Source of the DNA: Acidobacteriota bacterium
GTDB taxonomy: Bacteria > Acidobacteriota > Vicinamibacteria > Vicinamibacterales > 2-12-FULL-66-21
DNA length: 64,000 nucleotides
Reading direction: 5' to 3'
Assembly (NCBI GenBank): GCA_046732715.1
Contig: JBKPNQ010000131.1
Coordinates: forward strand, 1,692-65,691
Below the pieces are notes generated by a model that worked only from the letters and a program-made list of their open reading frames with translations, made no database searches and was not told the DNA's origin. The first letter of the stretch is position 1; every line of letters starts with the position of its first letter. The position numbers and the translations under genes were made by a program. Of the stretch, positions 55,001 through 63,001 are shown one piece after another.

Positions 55001-55942
55001 TCGAAACTGAAGGTCCGAAGCGGACGCGAGCGCCTCGAGAGCCAGCGCAGATAACGGGCCCTTCGCTGTCGCCTCTACGGTCATCATTCCCATGACCGGA
55101 TCGGGCATGTCGACAAATGCCGCGACTCGGGAGACATCGACATTCCCGTGCCCCGTGACTTCCAGTTGCGGGGTGTCGAACCCGCGCAGCGCGCCGCCGA
55201 GATCGACGCGTGAGCCAGCGGCATCGAGTCGCACGCGATCGATTCTCAGATCGTCATGGCCTAAATCCAGAACTCCGGACACTCGATCGATAGCGTCGAC
55301 GTGCTTTCCGACCTGCACGTGACCGTGCTCGCCCTCGAATCTGACCTGATGGCGATTGGTCAGCGCGCTGCCCCTCACCTCGATCGCCGACACCGGGACG
55401 GCGAGAGCGACCTGGTGCACGCGATTCACGTAGCGAAGGTGGGTGTTCGAGATCAGTAGATGGTTGACGAGGTAGTCGGGAAGCTTCCGTGACGCGGTCG
55501 GACCGGAGGGCGGTCGCGGGAGGTTGTCCCGGCCGTCCTCATCGACGACATATTGAACGTCGGCACCGTCCACCACCCCCGACTGCACAACGGAGCGCCC
55601 GCGGAGTAGTTGGGTGAGGCTCAAATCGAGCTGGACGTGTCCGATGGTTGCAAACGCTGGCAGGCCCGCCGCGTCGGCAGCGCGGACGCGGACATTCCGC
55701 GCGTCGATCGAGAGCGTGAAGAGGTTGTAGCGCAGCGAATCCGTCTGCAGGTCGATGCGCCGGGAAGCCAGGAACGCGGTGAGCCGATCGAGTGCAAACT
55801 TACGCGCTGGACCTGTTTGAAGTACTAGGAGCAACAGGAAGACGAGCAAGCACGGGCCACCCGCGAAGATAGCGAACCTCCGAATCACGCGCCGCGCTCT
55901 GGGCGGCGGGGGATTCGATTCCATTCCCGGCCCTCGTGTCAC
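49040..55942 (-). CDS. Giant envelope protein: TamB-like (N-terminal membrane anchor, long beta-rich region, DUF490-type C-terminal domain) fused in frame to POTRA repeats + Omp85 (TamA/BamA-type) beta-barrel
   Basis: Uninterrupted 2300-codon ORF (GTG 55942 or ATG 55924). Anchor FAIFAGGPCLLVFLLLLVLQTG. DUF490-like DLALNTKASNYDVRIAIAGTPGKTDASWTSEPPLAEPDIMALLVTGRT...LTVGQNVTDQVKLIYSTNL...WVAEYDVSRRFQMRG...YRVDFRHDLRFGG. POTRA-like units follow (IQTLTVTSDNGLDEATLRKLFKLKIGEPY..., VTVSGNTTYPSADIIGRL..., ITVEGNRKTSERLVRGQIEL...). The barrel reads ...ERFYAGGSTTLRGF...VLFVDIGNVF...GVGIRLRTPWVLLRTDYGW...SRFYFSIGQAF. Confidence 0.9.
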   Translation of the reverse strand: MTRGPGMESNPPPPRARRVIRRFAIFAGGPCLLVFLLLLVLQTGPARKFALDRLTAFLASRRIDLQTDSLRYNLFTLSIDARNVRVRAADAAGLPAFATIGHVQLDLSLTQLLRGRSVVQSGVVDGADVQYVVDEDGRDNLPRPPSGPTASRKLPDYLVNHLLISNTHLRYVNRVHQVALAVPVSAIEVRGSALTNRHQVRFEGEHGHVQVGKHVDAIDRVSGVLDLGHDDLRIDRVRLDAAGSRVDLGGALRGFDTPQLEVTGHGNVDVSRVAAFVDMPDPVMGMMTVEATAKGPLSALALEALASASDLQFRSLRGGELEVRAAYDSSAQRAHVTARTDAPWGRMMATGDLGVGRNGRSQLHAELTNIDLAAVLRGLNAAHVVGTRLNGAIDAQWPGLEYRTGSGTGAVTLTPTSAAPKVLPLGGRLSARGKDGTVVVDARQIVVAGTHLDGRLQVDVGGRLVGALRAHAPDLAPAARSTESFLGRTPGSFVPSLVRGEATVDARLGGTLETPTALMTVSAPALSVGEAHGVQIAADLTATPAAVSITRGEGSWRGARAALIGTVGLTGTQPLDLAMTADAADLQPLVQATQLRAIPVSGRINVSGTIRGTIARPQAGLSLHGADMTAFGELFGSLTAEATLTNRQLAVSRLVIDKPQERSQGQVNGNGSYDFDRSSYTYDVQSENVRLLGFTLPDGRRFRGNVQISGKGAGTVSSPSGALHFNADSLEMDSLQERSPDPNGPAPSVTELGRIVIAATAANNQATVTAASERFKLDANALIGLARPWPTTLTVRANDLDLATLPLGVVTMLEGRLRGTVHASGDLVEPVRGRATASIEALAGSWNGQPFSVTSPRDLQYENQRLTVDRVEVTARDSSLAVSGTLPLTASAGTGDLAVEARANLTTLARLLPSNMKFTGEGAASLTGSVHGTLQSIVPDLNLTVENGMLSAPQLQPAASNIQLRARIGDGAVEIEQLTSQWGTATIEASGTLPLEVLPPLPVEISRRVGPATFKASIRNLDPVTLPGAPPGLAGRIGADIVASAAPGDLATLNGSIAFPQLELSFKRFALSQQETSRIRIDSGKATVERFALSGSAGSVRAEGTIGLLGERAVDVNVDGNLQVAALSALTPGIRADGMALWKVSALGTLTQPALNGTFDLEEATVASDDLNVAAVGVNAHVNLAGHRIELARLTGEVNGGALDGSGSLTLGNGTISDIDLRLSANDVAYDAPLALRSLSDAAIRVNRRGEEFLVGGQVTIKEAGLTTDINLNEGLFAAIEAPRTLDLTATRDSLLERVRFNISVKTAAPVTIDNNLARAEIDADLHIVGTPYEPGLTGRMTLAEGGQITLNARRYEVERGVITFVDDRRIVPSVDLALNTKASNYDVRIAIAGTPGKTDASWTSEPPLAEPDIMALLVTGRTVDEMRGEESEVARVQALTYLTGRVGSRFGKGLERATGISEVRIEPVLIANETDPTARLTVGQNVTDQVKLIYSTNLADSNDQIWVAEYDVSRRFQMRGVRERDDDSYRVDFRHDLRFGGDPAPRRELRHRPTIQTLTVTSDNGLDEATLRKLFKLKIGEPYEFFAARAGLERIEERYLEAGYLQSRVRLDRHVVSDAANLALRVASGPLVELRFEGITPPSKIQQQVRATWQQGVFDKQRGNDSVRVLKEWLMGDKYLQPSAEYTVEDAGDRRRVTFRVQPGPQYDRVIVAYEGVAGIDPGRLDKIVEQQRLERQLFTDPSAVTALLQRYYHDQGYLAAEIDAPRFDFQGTTARVVLPVREGRRFLARSVTVSGNTTYPSADIIGRLSLVSGSPFVAAAAEHSLERIRDLYWRKGYNDMRSEYALAIDRTSASVDVAFTIVEGRQSVVANITVEGNRKTSERLVRGQIELSPLQPLDLAMLARSRKNLYSTGAFSIADITRGEVGAEAPTSAPDDANAEDAASHDQKPVHLTVSVREVQPVQLRYGLSYDTEGGLGGILDFSIHNSLGKARVLGAQGRYDSEIHEARIYMSQPSLRSWPRKTTGSVYFRQDLNPPTEQTDPFDISRQGASVQQEAQFRKFYVWSYGYRYELATTLEPSLGVGATETVRVTPLTSTLTRETRDEVLDAAKGTFLSQAFAYSPSWLGSDRPYVKYYGQYFHYFPLRPERPKPFTNEILRPRLVFATGLRVGLAHGLGGEVPTSERFYAGGSTTLRGFEQNAVGPVGVDNVPAGGTASLVINNELRMPLVRIVDGVLFVDIGNVFPAIKDFTFTDLRESGGVGIRLRTPWVLLRTDYGWVLDPRPGEKRSRFYFSIGQAF

Positions 55943-56160
55943 CGCGAACCCTATAGAAGGTCATCGTCGCACCTTTCGATGGGTCCAGGCAAAGCCGATT
56001 CGCCCTGCCTTGCATTGCCCGAAGTAGCAGCTCGCCGTCCATCCAACCGTCACTCTCGCGACGATTACCGAATTCTGCTTGATTCGAGCACCACGCACGG
56101 AGAGGATTGAAGTGAACGTTCCCGCGAATTAGACCGTGTGTTCGAAGTGAGAGCTGCCGC

Positions 56161-57360
56161 ATGCATCGCGCTCCAGAATGTCATCGGTTTGCGTGCCGAG
56201 TTCTCCTCGCGGCTGCGTGCGTCGTTCTCCTCGTGCCGTCCGCTCGCGGCCAGATCCGGCCCAATCCGGCGGCATTGACCAATGCGCCAACGGCGCTCAT
56301 CGCTCGGCTACGGGCTGACCCGTTCACGTACTTCCGATTCGTCAATCGCGCGTGGACATCGCGCGTCTGCGACGCGTTCGCGGACGTCCAGAACGCGCCA
56401 ATTGTGCGGCTTCACGGCGACGCGCACATCGAACAGTACGCCATTACCAAGGACGCATCGGGCCTCGACGATTTCGACGAGTCGGCTCGCGGGCCGGGCT
56501 TTGTCGACATCGTTCGATTCCTGGGCTCAATTGATCTGGCGACACGTCAACGCCATTGGACCGCAGATCGAGACCGGCTCTGGAGCCGGTTTCTCGAGGG
56601 CTACCGTCAGGGTTTGTCCAATCAAGGTTCTCGACCTGCCGAGCCAGACATCGTGCGGCGACTGCGCGCACAGGCCCCTCTCACCCGCGCCGCGTTTCTC
56701 GCCTGGGGTGAGACGCAGATGCAGCCGATGGATGAAGCCATCCGGAAATCGGTGATCGCGGGGATGGCGGCGTTCGATCGGTTCATGCGGCGCGAGCGTC
56801 CGGATCTGCCGCCCGGATACTTTACCGTCACGCGCGCCGGATGGCTTCGTATCGGCGTGGGCAGCGCCGGCGTCAGTAAGATCTTGATCCGTGTGCAAGG
56901 TCCGACAGCCGACGCCGCAGATGACGTCCTTCTCGAAGCGAAGGAAGCTGTGAATCTCGACGGCATCTCCTGCCTCGAGCGACCGATGACACCCGCCGCG
57001 GTTCGAGTGATTGACGGCGCCCGGCAACTCGGTCGCCTGAAGCACGAGATCCTTGCCGTAGGCCCGACGATATTGATCCCGGAGGTCGCACCCCGCGCGG
57101 AACACTGGTTGGAATGGTGGGTTTCGAGTTGGGAGCCGTCCTACCGCGAAGTTCGTCTCACCGATCTCCGCTCGGTCAAGGATCTCGCGGATATCGCGTA
57201 CGATTCCGGCGTGCAGCTCGGCGCCAAAGAGCCCGTCGACTCGGCAGCCCGGACGCTGGCACTGTCGTGGGTGGTCACGCTGGACAACCGGCTGCGGAAA
57301 GAAACCTCCGCGATGGTCGAGGAATTGCTCGCCGGATGGCGGGAATTCGGACGCCAGTGA
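56161..57360 (+). CDS. Exported DUF2252-family protein
   Basis: Signal peptide ...CRVLLAAACVVLLVPSARGQ. FTYFRFVNRAW....IVRLHGDAHIEQYAI....GLDDFDESARGPGFVDIVRFLGSI follows the DUF2252 core (FYRG....GD.H..NFG....DLNDFDE...GP..WD..RL..S). Confidence 0.8.
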   Translation: MHRAPECHRFACRVLLAAACVVLLVPSARGQIRPNPAALTNAPTALIARLRADPFTYFRFVNRAWTSRVCDAFADVQNAPIVRLHGDAHIEQYAITKDASGLDDFDESARGPGFVDIVRFLGSIDLATRQRHWTADRDRLWSRFLEGYRQGLSNQGSRPAEPDIVRRLRAQAPLTRAAFLAWGETQMQPMDEAIRKSVIAGMAAFDRFMRRERPDLPPGYFTVTRAGWLRIGVGSAGVSKILIRVQGPTADAADDVLLEAKEAVNLDGISCLERPMTPAAVRVIDGARQLGRLKHEILAVGPTILIPEVAPRAEHWLEWWVSSWEPSYREVRLTDLRSVKDLADIAYDSGVQLGAKEPVDSAARTLALSWVVTLDNRLRKETSAMVEELLAGWREFGRQ

Positions 57361-57385
57361 AGACCAATGCGCCGGCCGATCGATG

Positions 57386-59722
57386 CTACCTGGTAACGAT
57401 GACCAGCTGCCGCTTGACCTGATAGCCGTCGCTGCCGGACGCGGTCAGTTCATACGTCGTCGTGCGGGCCGGAGTGACGCGAAGACACGTCAGCGCGCTC
57501 GCCGGCTTGACGTCACCGACACCAGGGTCGATGCGGGCATGCATAGCCCCGCTCGTCGCATAGCAGAGAGCGGTGGATCCGCCGGTCGCGATCGAGCCGG
57601 GCCGCGGACTGAAAATCAGGATGCTCGCCCGCTCGGTCGTCGGTCCGCGCGGCGTCGACCCATTGAGACCCACGCGAACGAGCACGGTCTGGCGCACGCT
57701 GTCTCCCCCTGCCGTCCGCGCCGTCAGCGTGTAGGTCGTCGTCTCCGAGGGTGCGGCTCGCACGCAGTTCCGTTGACGTGGGTCTACTTCGCCAATGTCC
57801 GGATCGATTCGCACGCCTGCACCATTGGCCACTTCATAGCAGAGACCGAGGGACTCTCCTGCGGTGATGACGTCAGGAAAAGCCGTAAATCTCAGCACAC
57901 TCGCCGCAGGCGCCGCTCGAACCGGTTGCGGCGGAATCTCGATATCAGTGGTTGGCACTGCGAGGCTGCTCTGAAGAACGGGACGGCTGCCGGAGACGTT
58001 CAGATCTGTCCACGACAGCCCAGAGCGGCTGGCCAGGAATCCCAGTCCCCCCAGGATGATGAACAGCAAGACGACGAATAACGGCGCGGCGGAGGTTTTC
58101 CTGTTGGCGATGACAACCGGCGACGGAACTGCGTCTCGAAGCGGCAACGAATCAAATTCCGGCACCGCCGCGGCTACGGGCGTGGACACCGGGCGGCGTG
58201 AAGCGATAGCGATGGGGGCCAGCACAAAACTGAGATTTCGCCGGCTTGCGGCGATAGCATCATCGTCGTCCAGCGTCTCGCGCAGCTTCAGCGCCCGGCT
58301 CAATGAGGTTCGCGCGATCCCGGCATCGCCCAGACAGAGGGCGCGCGTTCCAATCTCGTGCAGCGCCCAGGCTTCCGCCGATCGATCCTTCATCGCCTTT
58401 GCGGCGGTCAGACACCGGTCGAGGGTAATCGCCCACGCACCCCATCGCGCGCCAGCCACCAGCGCTGCCTCGATCAGCCGGCCGAGGTGAAGCACTTCGC
58501 CCCATCTCTGCATCTCAACCGCGCACTGCTGGACGCGCAACAACGCGTCCGATTCCTCCAGCAGCGCGTTCGGGGTGCGACGGTAGCGCTCGGCCCATGC
58601 GGTGAAATAGGTGATCGCGCGATTCACCCACGGCCTCAGGTCCTCGGTTCGACGCAGCTGGTCGGCGACACCGTCGGCGAGTCGATGCCGCGACTGGCTC
58701 CGAACAACGAGTCCCTCGCGAACCAGCGCGGCCAGCGATGGTTCGACGTCGATGACTTCGGCCAGGCCGGCAATGTGTTGAACCGGCAGCGAGACGATGG
58801 AGAGCGCCGCCAGCACGCGCCGCTGTTTGTCGTCCGTGGATGTCAACAGCTCGGTGATCAGCTTGTCCGGCAGGACGTCGCGCGCGACCACGTCGATCGC
58901 GATTCCACGATCGCGAATGAGGGCTGCGACCTGGCGAATGCGAAGCGGATGTCCTTCAACGCTTCCACAGACATCAGCGGCAAGCGATCGCTCGGGTGGG
59001 CTGAGCGGCCGCCCAACTTCGCGTTCAAGCAGCAGGATTGCTTCAGTCGCAGCAAGGCCGTGAAGCACAACACTCCGCACCTCGCCGAGCAAGCACCGCT
59101 CGCGCGTCGCCAGCGCCAACGCCGATCGCGGCGCAACGTCGAGCAGTTGCTCCATCTCGTTCCGGGCAAGCTGCACATCGTCGAGGAGGATCAGTGCCTG
59201 CTTGTCCTCGAGCCCGCGGCGGATTTCCGCCGTGGTCGGCTTCGAGACCTGACCGCTTTCGTAGAAGGCTTCGAAGATCAGCTGAAGGATGTCAGCGGAC
59301 GACTGACCTCGCGCCGAGATGTAGATGACACCGTCGACGAACGCCGCCGCTCCCGAATGATGCGCAAGCTGGTGGAGAAACGCCGTCTTACCGACGCCGC
59401 GTTCGCCACTGACTTCAATGGACAGGCCGGCATCGACGGCGGACAGCGCGTCACTCAGTTCCTGCTGATGCCCCAGAAAACCACGAGTCAGGCCCGGACG
59501 CTGGAGGATTGGGGTGGCACGCGCGCGACTGTGTGATCCAGTCTGAGCCGCTTCCTCGACGACACCGCCAAATGCCTGGCCGACATGAATGACATAGCGG
59601 CCGACGAGGATTTGAGCGGCAATCGCGCTGTACAGGGAGGATGACGCACCCGGTGCGTTGGCCTCATCGGCCGGCGCATCCAAGGGCCGATCGGACCCGT
59701 CGAGGTTGAGCTTCGTGATCAT
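57386..59722 (-). CDS. NB-ARC-type STAND ATPase with helical/TPR-like region, one transmembrane helix and two C-terminal extracytoplasmic Ig-like repeats
   Basis: 778 aa. Walker A GERGVGKT (res 106-113). Walker B ALILLDDV. ALALATRER (sensor-I-like). EGHPLRIRQVAAL (GxP motif). Winged-helix-like RRVLAALSIVSLPVQHIAGL. TPR-like AEAWALHEIGTRALCLGDAGIARTSLSRALKLRE. TM APLFVVLLFIILGGLGFLA (res 546-564). Two ~78-aa repeats each have a Cys pair (..SLGLCYEV..GVRIDPDIGEV....NCVRAAPSETTTYTLTA.. and ..STALCYAT..HARIDPGVGDV....TCLRVTPARTTTYELTA..). Confidence 0.85.
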   Translation of the reverse strand: MITKLNLDGSDRPLDAPADEANAPGASSSLYSAIAAQILVGRYVIHVGQAFGGVVEEAAQTGSHSRARATPILQRPGLTRGFLGHQQELSDALSAVDAGLSIEVSGERGVGKTAFLHQLAHHSGAAAFVDGVIYISARGQSSADILQLIFEAFYESGQVSKPTTAEIRRGLEDKQALILLDDVQLARNEMEQLLDVAPRSALALATRERCLLGEVRSVVLHGLAATEAILLLEREVGRPLSPPERSLAADVCGSVEGHPLRIRQVAALIRDRGIAIDVVARDVLPDKLITELLTSTDDKQRRVLAALSIVSLPVQHIAGLAEVIDVEPSLAALVREGLVVRSQSRHRLADGVADQLRRTEDLRPWVNRAITYFTAWAERYRRTPNALLEESDALLRVQQCAVEMQRWGEVLHLGRLIEAALVAGARWGAWAITLDRCLTAAKAMKDRSAEAWALHEIGTRALCLGDAGIARTSLSRALKLRETLDDDDAIAASRRNLSFVLAPIAIASRRPVSTPVAAAVPEFDSLPLRDAVPSPVVIANRKTSAAPLFVVLLFIILGGLGFLASRSGLSWTDLNVSGSRPVLQSSLAVPTTDIEIPPQPVRAAPAASVLRFTAFPDVITAGESLGLCYEVANGAGVRIDPDIGEVDPRQRNCVRAAPSETTTYTLTARTAGGDSVRQTVLVRVGLNGSTPRGPTTERASILIFSPRPGSIATGGSTALCYATSGAMHARIDPGVGDVKPASALTCLRVTPARTTTYELTASGSDGYQVKRQLVIVTR

Positions 59723-59886
59723 GCCCGGCAGAATCCACGCCTGAGCCAGTGATGCTCCCCATAATACGATGAAAGCAAAGCAAATAGGGGATTTACGCTA
59801 TTGGCTCTCCAAACGGATGAGCCGGAGCGATAGACGATCGCGTTCAGATGAAACGAGGCGGGTCGAGCTGAGTGAGTTGATTTCAA

Positions 59887-59922
59887 GCGTGTCGCGCAGC
59901 CGTCGTGAGCTGCGCTGCACGC
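59887..59922 (-). terminator. Hairpin just downstream of the M16 peptidase stop
   Basis: gcgtgtcgcgcagc-cgtcgtga-gctgcgctgcacgc is a 14-bp stem with a 2-nt internal mismatch. A/T-rich runs flank it on both sides (gatttcaa / tttatc). Confidence 0.45.
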
Positions 59923-59940
59923 TTTATCGGATCCAGCGGC

Positions 59941-62781
59941 TCACTGCTTCTCAGGAAAGAGCAAGACCTTCACGTAGCGATTCATGTCGAGATACGTCCG
60001 CGCGGCCTCACGCAGAAGCGCCGGCGTCAGCTGATCGTAAATCGCCCGCAGGCTGGTCGGATCGGGAATCGGCTCGTCGTACTGGTAGGCGTACGAGAGC
60101 TGGTTCAACGCAAAGCCGTTCTCTCGGCTGTCGGTTTCGAGATCCCGCCGGAGCGCCGCCTGCACGTCGGCGACCTGCCCGACTCCAGGCCCATTCGTCT
60201 TCAGGTCGTCGACGACCCTGAACAGTGCTTTGACGAGATCCTGCGTCCGGGCCGGATCGCAGGCGAAAGTGATCGTCACCTGGTATTCCTCGGTCGGTCG
60301 TTTGGTGAACTCGGGAACGACGCTGACACCGTAGGTGCCGCCGAGATCCTCGCGCAATACTCGCTGCAGGTTGCCGCCGAGCGTGTTTGCCATCGCGCGG
60401 ACGATGATGCGGTTCTTGTCGTTGTTCTGGAACGGTCCGCTGAACACGACGCCGACTTCGCTCTTCGGTGTATTCCCCTTGGTGACTTCCTTCTCGACGA
60501 CACCCGATGGCGGGCGGATGCCGACGTCTCGTCCGGCCTCCTTACGGTTCAATGCGGGAAGGCTGCCCAGGTACTTCTCGACGAGCGGCTTGATCGTCGG
60601 CAGATCGAAGCTGCCAACAAACACGAACGTGAAGTCGCTGGCATCCGCGAACCGCTCTTTGTAGAACCTCAGAGACTTGTCGAGATTCATCTGCTGAACC
60701 AGTTCCGGGCTCATCGGCCGCGCTCGTAAGTGGTTCTGCGTCACCGCCGCGTTCAGGACATCCTCGAATACCGCGTCGGGTTGTGCCTGTCGATTCGCCA
60801 GGGCGGCGGTCAACTGGCCGGTCGTAGCGCGGAACGCTTCGGCATCTGCGCGCGGCTGCGTGAAGCGCAGGTAGATCAACTGGAACATCGTTTCGAGATC
60901 GCGCCGCAGCGCGCGACCGTTCATGCCTTCGTACATCTCACCGATGTCGGGCCGCACGACCGCCACCTTACCCGCCAGTTTCTTGCTCAGATCGATCGCG
61001 CTCAGCGTCCCGAGTCCTCCCTCGGCAACAATTTGATCAGCGGTCTCGGCGGCAATGTAATCCTGGTCACTCGCGAGCGACGTCCCGCCCGGACTGAACG
61101 CGCGAAACAGAATCTCGTCCTGCTTGAACGTCGTCGGGTCAAGCACGACTCGCACGCCGTTGGACAACGTCCATTCGGTCACGCCGGGCGCTTTGGTTGC
61201 CGTTTTCGCGACCGTGCCCGGCTTCGGCTCCGTCTCGAGCAGAGGCTTCGCACTGACGGTGTCCACATAAGCGGTCAGCGTTCCGCCACCTGCATTCTTG
61301 ATGATGGCCGCCAGCTTCGCTTCGTCCGGGACCGCCACTCCGGCCTTCTTGGGGGCCATCACGGCGACGACGCGGTTTCGATCGGGAATCCAGTTGCGGG
61401 CCAGGGTGTTAACGTCGGCCAGCGTGATTTCCGGCAGAAATCTCTGCACCAGCCCATTCTCGTAGGCGATACCGGGAATCGGTTCCTGCTGCATGAAATT
61501 GCGGATGAACTCGTCGGCCAGCGACTGCGACGTATGTTCGTCGTTCGACGCAGCAAGCTGCGCGAACGTCTGCATGTAGTTCAGTCGAAATCGATCCAGC
61601 TCCGTTTGGGTGAAGCCGAACTGCGCGACCCGGCTCGCTTCCGTGAACAACGCGGTGAGACCCTTCTCAACCCCACCATCGGGCACGAGCGCACTCAGTG
61701 TCGTCCCCTCCGCCGTATTCACGAACAGGCCGCGGCTGGTATCCGCGTCGAGGAACGGCGCATCCGGTTTCTGCGCGATCTCGGCAAAGCGGCTGGACAG
61801 CAGCCCGCCGAAGACTCGCTCGATCGTCTGCTGCCGATAGGCGCCGAGCGTTGTCTGATCGCGGGCCGCCATCATGCTCGAGACGGTAACGATTGTCGAT
61901 GTCGCTTCAGGATCAGTCGCGACCGTATAGCGCGTACCAGGATGATCCGGCACGTCATACGTCGGCCGCGGGCGTGGAGAAACCGCCGCCGGGATCGACC
62001 CGAAATGAGAACGGATCAGTGATTCAACGCTGGCCACGTCGAAATCACCGACCGCAATCACCGCCATCAGGTCGGGGCGGTACCAGTCGGTGTAGAACTT
62101 CTTCAGGCGATCGTAGGGAAAGGAGCGAATGATCTCGGGTTTTCCGATTGGGAGTCGTTCCGCATATCGAGAATCTTTGAGCAGGACCGGCAACTGCACG
62201 TCGAGCATCCGCGCCCCTGCGCCGAGCCCAGTCCGCCACTCCTCGAGGATGACCCCGCGCTCCTTGTCGATCTCGTCCGGATCGAACGACACTGCGTGCG
62301 CCCAATCCTCGAGGATCAGAAACGATCGATCGATGACGGCCGGACTGTCCGTTGGGATCTGCAATTGATAGACAGTCTGATCGAAGCTCGTGTTGGCGTT
62401 GATGTGCGCGCCGAAACGCATGCCGGTCGACTGCAGAAATGCGACGACGTCCTGCTTGGGGAAATGACGCGTGCCGTTGAAGCACATGTGCTCCACGAAG
62501 TGCGCGAGGCCGCGCTGATCGTCGTCCTCCAGAATCGAGCCGGCGTTGACGACGAGCCGGAGTTCGGCGCGCCGCTGAGGCTGATTGTTGGCGCGGAGGT
62601 AATAGCGCATTCCGTTGGGCAATGTGCCGACGAGAATCCGTGGATCGACGGGAACCTCGGCGGTCAGCGGCGCATTCTGCGGGCCAGTGGTGACGGCCCG
62701 CTGAGCGTAAGTCAGGCCGCTGGTGGCGGCTGCCAAAGCCAACGTCAAAAACATCAACCGTGCGCGGAAGCGAAAAGTCAT
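59941..62781 (-). CDS. Exported M16-family (pitrilysin/insulinase) zinc metallopeptidase, two-unit type
   Basis: ATG 62781 is preceded by GGAG. Signal peptide MTFRFRARLMFLTLALAAATSGLTYAQ. Inverted zinc motif GLAHFVEHMCFNGT (HxxEH) with downstream E-rich VILEEW. The ~940-aa length is consistent with fused active and inactive M16 halves repeated. Confidence 0.9.
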   Translation of the reverse strand: MTFRFRARLMFLTLALAAATSGLTYAQRAVTTGPQNAPLTAEVPVDPRILVGTLPNGMRYYLRANNQPQRRAELRLVVNAGSILEDDDQRGLAHFVEHMCFNGTRHFPKQDVVAFLQSTGMRFGAHINANTSFDQTVYQLQIPTDSPAVIDRSFLILEDWAHAVSFDPDEIDKERGVILEEWRTGLGAGARMLDVQLPVLLKDSRYAERLPIGKPEIIRSFPYDRLKKFYTDWYRPDLMAVIAVGDFDVASVESLIRSHFGSIPAAVSPRPRPTYDVPDHPGTRYTVATDPEATSTIVTVSSMMAARDQTTLGAYRQQTIERVFGGLLSSRFAEIAQKPDAPFLDADTSRGLFVNTAEGTTLSALVPDGGVEKGLTALFTEASRVAQFGFTQTELDRFRLNYMQTFAQLAASNDEHTSQSLADEFIRNFMQQEPIPGIAYENGLVQRFLPEITLADVNTLARNWIPDRNRVVAVMAPKKAGVAVPDEAKLAAIIKNAGGGTLTAYVDTVSAKPLLETEPKPGTVAKTATKAPGVTEWTLSNGVRVVLDPTTFKQDEILFRAFSPGGTSLASDQDYIAAETADQIVAEGGLGTLSAIDLSKKLAGKVAVVRPDIGEMYEGMNGRALRRDLETMFQLIYLRFTQPRADAEAFRATTGQLTAALANRQAQPDAVFEDVLNAAVTQNHLRARPMSPELVQQMNLDKSLRFYKERFADASDFTFVFVGSFDLPTIKPLVEKYLGSLPALNRKEAGRDVGIRPPSGVVEKEVTKGNTPKSEVGVVFSGPFQNNDKNRIIVRAMANTLGGNLQRVLREDLGGTYGVSVVPEFTKRPTEEYQVTITFACDPARTQDLVKALFRVVDDLKTNGPGVGQVADVQAALRRDLETDSRENGFALNQLSYAYQYDEPIPDPTSLRAIYDQLTPALLREAARTYLDMNRYVKVLLFPEKQ

Positions 62782-63001
62782 GGGAACTCCATACGCGAGC
62801 GTCCTCGTTCGGACCCGGGCAACCGGACCTCGACGCGATCGGCTCACACATGGATATCATTTCACAGGGTGGCGGTCGGTGTGACGGCCGGCAAAAAATG
62901 ACAGATCCGTCGTCCGGCTAGCGGGCTGAGAGTCCGCCGAAACTGATCGCCAAGCGGTTTCGCGTCGGCTGAGTAACTCCTCGCGTTCGCGCTCACGCTC
63001 G

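Noticed and set aside
58358-59536. 392-codon plus ORF antisense to the STAND ATPase; likewise 60730..62022 and 59905..60729 antisense to the M16 peptidase, and 23949..24785 antisense to the HEAT/PQQ gene
   Set aside because: No motifs and biased composition. The opposite strands carry unambiguous family signatures (P-loop, HxxEH, propeller blades).
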